A DNA stretch of 64,000 nt, taken from assembly GCF_947568905.1 (NCBI RefSeq), contig NC_079172.1, forward strand, positions 53,878,001 to 53,942,000, read 5' to 3'. Source of the DNA: Ostrea edulis (Eukaryota). The translations under genes were made by a program, and so were the position numbers. The notes beneath the pieces were generated by a model, which was given only the letters and a program-made list of their open reading frames with translations, did no database searches and was not told where the DNA came from. Below, piece by piece: positions 58,701 to 64,000 of this stretch (positions are counted from its first letter, which is position 1; every line of letters starts with the position of its first letter).

Positions 58701-60778
58701 TTTATAAAAATGTTTTCTCTATTGTATAAGTTATTCTAAAGTTAGTGGATTTGTTTGTACTCGTTTATCGTTAGTTTAGCATGGCGTAACTGATTTCTAG
58801 ACACACTACATTTGGGTTTGACTAAGCAGACTACCAGTAGTCCGACAACGTCACCTATAGCCTTAAAGCACAGTGACAAGTGTCGCACAGATAAAATCAG
58901 CCTCACTTCCAACTATGTAATATCTCCTGTATATACATACCACCAACGTGACAAGCCACACCTTAGAGAGAAGCAGCAGTTGATGGTTTGAAATGTTTCA
59001 ATTTATTCTGCATTTGGTGTGGCCTTCGTGTTGTTGGTTTTATTAATGTGTAAATTCCAAAATAATGAATGCTCAGAAGAAGAAAATTACCTGTTGGCAA
59101 TATGCCATTGCTATGTTGTTAAAATCGTTGGACGAAAGGTTTTCGAGGTTCTCATCAAATTTGCTGCTTTTTATTTTCAACGCTAAATTGGCACGAAGCA
59201 TCTCTGCAAAAAAGAGCAATACTTTAATTAAAGGATGTGTAATGCTAACCGCTGTACACACGAATTCATTATTATTCGCGGGATTCCATGGATATACTGA
59301 CTACATTATGTCCTTTTATTCAAGCTCAAACCAAATACCACCTAGTGATAATACACTCTTTATTCAAACGTAAGTTCCCACAAAAACTGTGTTAACATCA
59401 ACGCCTTCTGGTGAAGTTTGTTACAAGTGAAACTCAATTTCATAAATGGGGTTTATTTCATCAAATTTGAATTACAAAAGACTCAATACATGAAATGTAT
59501 AGAAAAGTTGTTACATGGGAACTTTCTTATGTCACAGGATTGTAATTCACAATTAATTAACTATCCTGGTATTCATTGAAGCAATAGAGGACAATATCTT
59601 AACCAGAAATCTTGATTTCCACAAAAATAAATGATATCGAAATATTTCAGAATAGTGTGGATATTCAAAAACTATAAAGCATGTGTACTCACCAATTTCA
59701 TTTTCGTGTGTTTCTACAAGGAAAAGGTGGAAGAGTTGATAATTTAATCAACTATACAAGATATCGAACGTTATAGAAACCTTATAATTTGCTGAACAAC
59801 ATTTTTGGTTGATTGAATGGAAGGACGTATTCCATGATTTTCCGTAACTAAGATACAAGGTAACCAACACTTAAACTAGCACTACGAAAATCTTGAGCTA
59901 GGAACTACTAACAATTGAAGTATCACATTTAGGCAAAGTCACGTGAATCTATAACTAGTAAGAGAAAAACTGCATTTGATAATCAGAGAAAAGAAGCTCC
60001 AGATGTAGTTCTTACTTTTTAGTTCTACTGCAAAGTAAATGGCTGCTCCCAAACTAGCTGCAAGAATTAGCATCACACACATTCCAAAAATTGGACGACA
60101 TGTTTTTCGAACCTTTCGTCCAAATGGTTCTGGCGCAGGTTGAATGAAAGCGAATGGGTCTATTGTTTCTCTGGAACCATAAAGTTTCCTGTTGGCAAGA
60201 GACTGAATGTCTAGTCTAGAGGAAGCGGTACTTAGCTTCCTGGGATTGTTGTCGTAAGCACTTGCTTTGCTATGCACACTTGCTAAACTGTCTGTTGTAG
60301 ATCTAATGCGACTGTTACGAACTAAGCCTCTATCACAGTCTTTCTTTGTATTTGAAAAAGTTGAAGTTTGGCTAACTTTCCTATTGTCGTCACGTCGACT
60401 TGCCTCTGAGGTTCTACTAACACGACTTCTTTCACTTCGATCGTCTGACAAATTGTCTCGTCTCCGTTGCTGTCCAGCACTATGTCTTCCATCTTCTGAT
60501 GATAAATTTTCCCGCCGTCTATTCGGACTGTTCTGATTTGGTCGTCTGGCACGTCTTTTGGGGGTTTCTATTTCTGACACCTCACTCAGAGAGGTGGTGC
60601 TATACCCGGAAGTGTCTTCGATCTGTCGCCGCTGACGCCTCTTTTTCACTTTCTCCTCTTCCGATATTGAGCCATTTAAATCTGATTGGGAGGTATGAAC
60701 CCTGGGAATGATTTGACCTGATGAAAGTTTCCGTCCAGAAAGTTCCCCGGAATACGTTTGACTGTGATGGAGTTGTTT
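53662..60778 (-). CDS. Gene B: type II membrane protein, TM - SEA - Thr/Ser mucin stalk - 3xChtBD2 (at least 700 aa, start codon unresolved)
   Basis: Minus-strand exons 60778-60016, 59713-59693, 59203-59091, 57326-57259, 57082-56649, 55790-55464, 54038-53662 (TGA). Sum is 2103 nt, phase-consistent, all GT-AG. A possible first exon MTQYIHTK (61164-61140, phase 1) would need the acceptor at 60717 or 60681 instead of 60778. Confidence 0.82.
54055..54460 (+). repeat. About 51-bp degenerate tandem repeat, about 8 copies, in the last intron of gene B
   Basis: gatacagcaaaacatcgataaaacgatgaaaagagataattataagcgaaa. Confidence 0.85.
54484..54545 (-). mobile_element. Penelope-like tail fragment
   Basis: gaggtgggatcaggtgcctaggagaagtaagcatc. 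Confidence 0.62.
55930..56088 (-). mobile_element. Penelope-like 3' tail
   Basis: Reverse complement of 14375-14543. Confidence 0.75.
56649..59713 (-). CDS. Gene B micro-exon, SEA-like domain and mucin-like stalk
   Basis: 21-nt exon (K-THENEI), 113-nt exon (EMLRANLALKIKSSKFDENLENLSSNDFNNIAMAYCQQ), 68-nt exon (MDTFYKKSQFESTYRGCEVLSIK), 434-nt exon (DEHINFTLFFVEK...KPTTAKPTTVKPTTRVLSSTKSTTTTTKSSSTT...). Confidence 0.78.
60016..60778 (-). CDS. Gene B cytoplasmic Arg/Ser-rich region and TM
   Basis: Open frame of 254 codons rich in R/S/D/E, then GRKVRKTCR, then PIFGMCVMLILAASLGAAIYFAV, donor A|GTAAGA. Confidence 0.8.
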
Positions 60779-61499
60779 CTAGAAAGTAAGAATAAATCAT
60801 AATAAAAGTCAAACCGGTCTGAGAAAAATCACATTTCCAATTATACTTCCAAATACCAAAAGAAACATCAAGTAAGTGGCCATTCTTTATGTTGAGATAC
60901 ATCTTAAGCATAATGAAGTACACGAATATTAAATGTCCAGCATCTGACTGTACCATACGGTGTATTAAGTGTTTAGAAGTTGTCATATTGTAAGGTTTAT
61001 AATCTATGTTTCTAGAAATTACTAGATACACTACAAATACAGGTAATCTGTGCGATAAAACATATATATCGTGATCGAAGGAAGTGTGTCCGTTCACCAC
61101 ATTTAATCTATGTACAAAGAACAAATAAAGTTAGCTCACTCTTTGTATGAATGTATTGCGTCATCAGTCGATTACTCACTCCCACCCTAACAGGAAACAG
61201 TTTGCACAGTAATATCACCAACACACCAGTATGATAAAACCCCTGAAGTTCCTTGCTATGAATATGTTGGATAACAACTTTTTAAAAAAAAATTCTTAGT
61301 CTTTCTTCTATTAAACAGCATCCACTGATATGCATACATTTCAATTGATAATATATAAACTAATATTTGGTACTTTATGAGGAAGTTACAAGACTTCAGC
61401 AGCAAATCCCACACTGACAGTTACAGACTGTAGTGACATGCATCTGTAAATTATTGAAGTTCAAAATCTTCAACTTCCCAAAATCAGTTCAAGATCGCC

Positions 61500-61865
61500 A
61501 ACTGACTGAAAACAGTTCTATAAAGTTAAAATCTTCAACTGACTGAAAACAGTTCTATAAAGTTAACATCTTCAACTGACTGAAAACAATTCTATAAGGT
61601 TAACATCTTCAACTGACTGAAAACAGTTCTATAAAGTTAACATCTTCAACTGACTGAAAACAGTTCTATAAAGTTAACATCTTCAACTGACTGAAAATAA
61701 TTCTATAAGGTTAACATCTTCAACTGACTGATTAACATCTTCAACTGACTGATTAACATCTTCAACTGACTGATTAACATCTTCAACTGACTGAAAACAA
61801 TTCTATAAGGTTAACATCTTCAACTGACTGAAAACAATTCTATAAGGTTAACATCTTCAACTGAC
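61500..61865 (+). repeat. 37-bp tandem repeat with three internal 21-bp deletion variants
   Basis: aactgactgaaaacagttctataaagttaacatcttc. Confidence 0.92.
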
Positions 61866-63614
61866 AAGTTTTACAAGCTGAAGACTTTAAACTCACAGAA
61901 AACAGCTCTGTGGAATCAAACTTTTCAACTAATTGAAGACAACATTCGGTGCCATGGACCTGTAACATTTTTCTTCCACTCATTGAGAGAGTTTTCGGTG
62001 GCCACACCTGTAAACATCGATAACCTCGAGATCTTTATTTTATTGAACACAATCTTCATTGCTATGTACCTGTGAAGGCAGTAATCGTCACTTTCCTGTC
62101 AATATCTAAAATCAAATTCATTATCTTCATCTCAGTACCTTCATCTTTCTTCGTTCTCAGCTTCTAACTGTGTCCCTAATTTTAAGATATATCTTAATCC
62201 TATAACTCTCAGCGAAGCTGTAACTCTAAATGTATCGTAACTCTAAATGCATCCCATGTCCAACAACGCCCTTTATCCCAACTCTAATCCAAACCTCAAA
62301 ATAGTGATTGATGAATTCAAACAAACTTTGATGCAAGGCTGTGCACTGTTTACAATGTACAAGAAATAACCATTTATGGAGTTTTCACTTATTGTTTTTT
62401 TCAGTGAAGCAATCTTAGATTGATCACAGGTTCTCAAAACTGAATACTAGAATGTTTAGGAAACATTTGACCCCTTTTCAAAATATAAAATTTAACACAT
62501 TTTCGAGATGGACGTTTCATTTTCTACGTAATTTATTTAATGTCGAGAAAGAGCTGGAAATCGCAATTGGTGTAACATAACCAAAGTCCTTGCCCTTTTT
62601 TGTCCACGAATGAAGAAACGAGGAGGATTTTTACGACGACTAGCAAGATTAAATAGGGTGATCCATGTATCCACAGAAATGACTCGAGAGTCAGTCATAA
62701 GTCTGTACAACGCTCTGACATCCATTCTGTAAACTGATGATTTATTCATCCATAACAGAAGAACACAGAAGCGTGTGTCAAGACGCCTATCATAAAGCAT
62801 CACTCTCTGGAGAAATCGTCACAGGAACTCTTATAGGGAAACATGTTCAAAATGAACTGCATAATAAACAGTGCATTCAAAAATGTTGATAAACAGATTT
62901 CCATATGACCGATTTGTCTAATGAAGCGCGAGTTTCCAATAAGTGGACGAGACCTAATTCCATCGGATAGCGAGGTTAAGCCATTAAACTATAAACCACA
63001 AATCCCTCCTGTGTAATTGACATTTACCTGAGTGTCCTAATGATCTATTAACCAACTAAATACAACGATGATATATCTTAATTGCTATAAAAATTCATTA
63101 AATCTAAGTTAATTCTATGTATATACTATTTAATATATTTAGGGTGTGTTATTTTAGCGTTGTTTTAATTTAACGTGACTATAATGTTATTAATGATGAC
63201 CTTATGTATCTCTAGTTTCATTATCTTCCCAAAATATCATTAATGTAAAGGAAATTCACTAATGCAAGGGAGTTTCTCTTCCAACAAACATCTATCTTTG
63301 GGTATGAAGTCGAATGCAGATTACTTCGTGCAAACCATAATTATACAGTAAACTTGCACTTTTAGAAACACTAATTAAAACTAGATGTAATAATGTATTC
63401 CACTGGCATGATCTGCATAGTTTTCAGTGACATTTTTATTGATATATATCTAAATTTTGAGAACTGATTCGTGCAAGTTCTAAAGTTGAAACTTTTTTCG
63501 ATGTTTGCTTTAAAGATATTTGAAAAGACCATCATGATTTTCATCGATGAAAACAAATTTAATTAAAGATGACGATAAATTCACAATATGTGATCAGATT
63601 TATAACTTAGATAT

Positions 63615-64000
63615 TTTATGGAAAGTAGATATTAACGGCTAACAACTCAACATTATGACAAACGGGATGATTTCAGCTTCTCCGTCGTCAACTTTCGTTA
63701 TTAATGTAGCAAGGTGAAGATAACGAACAGTGATCAATCTCATAACTCCTACAAGCAATACAAAATAGAAAGTTGGGCAAACAAGCAACTGATTTGATAC
63801 GCAAGAGCTTGTTCTGCATATGGTCAGTTTTTAAATCGAGGCAGGCTACTGACAAACAAGTTGATGGTGCAGAAGTTTCAACAGTCTCGTTTAACGTCAA
63901 CATTTCGCAAATTCTATGGTCGTTGTAACGATCTAGTTTGCCAATACAACCTATCATTGGGTCAATTGTTTTATACCGATTGTTAGATTGTTCGTGGCAC
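63615..64000 (+). mobile_element. Penelope-like RT fragment with an inverted 3' tail inserted
   Basis: RT ([14 protein letters not shown]) 63615-63712, minus-strand tail 63713-63781, RT resumes 63782-64000. Confidence 0.72.

Noticed and set aside
62537-62830. GC-richer stretch with an 88-aa minus ORF as the first exon of gene B
   Set aside because: The ORF ends in its own stop, and I found no donor giving a phase match to 60778.

Overview
This is an AT-rich, intron-rich eukaryotic window, most likely from a bivalve (oyster-type repeat families; inference). It holds two convergent genes. Gene A (+, about 1599-46876, about 60 coding exons, about 2,610 aa by my hand-spliced model) encodes a type II membrane protein: short cytoplasmic N-terminus, TM, SEA-like domain, 50 EGF repeats (mostly Ca-binding type), three more SEA-like domains and a C-terminal peritrophin-A (ChtBD2/CBM14) chitin-binding domain. 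Gene B (-, 53662 to at least 60778, about 700 aa or more, start unresolved) encodes a second type II membrane protein: Arg/Ser-rich cytoplasmic region, TM, SEA-like domain, Thr/Ser mucin stalk and three ChtBD2 domains. Both genes share a TM exon / micro-exon / three-exon SEA cassette with identical intron phases and a conserved Cys pair, so they look like paralogous long and short membrane tethers for chitin. The introns carry a degenerate Penelope-like RT and about ten copies of its 3' tail, two families of minimal hammerhead ribozymes (one in a 351-nt retrozyme-like repeat whose 5' end falls exactly on the predicted cleavage site), Helentron-type non-autonomous elements, TTAA- and TA-flanked MITEs, SINEs, a Tc1 remnant and several minisatellites, one of them built from a 5' splice donor. 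There is a 200-N assembly gap at 50300-50499. All models were derived by eye and are not confirmed by transcript or database evidence.
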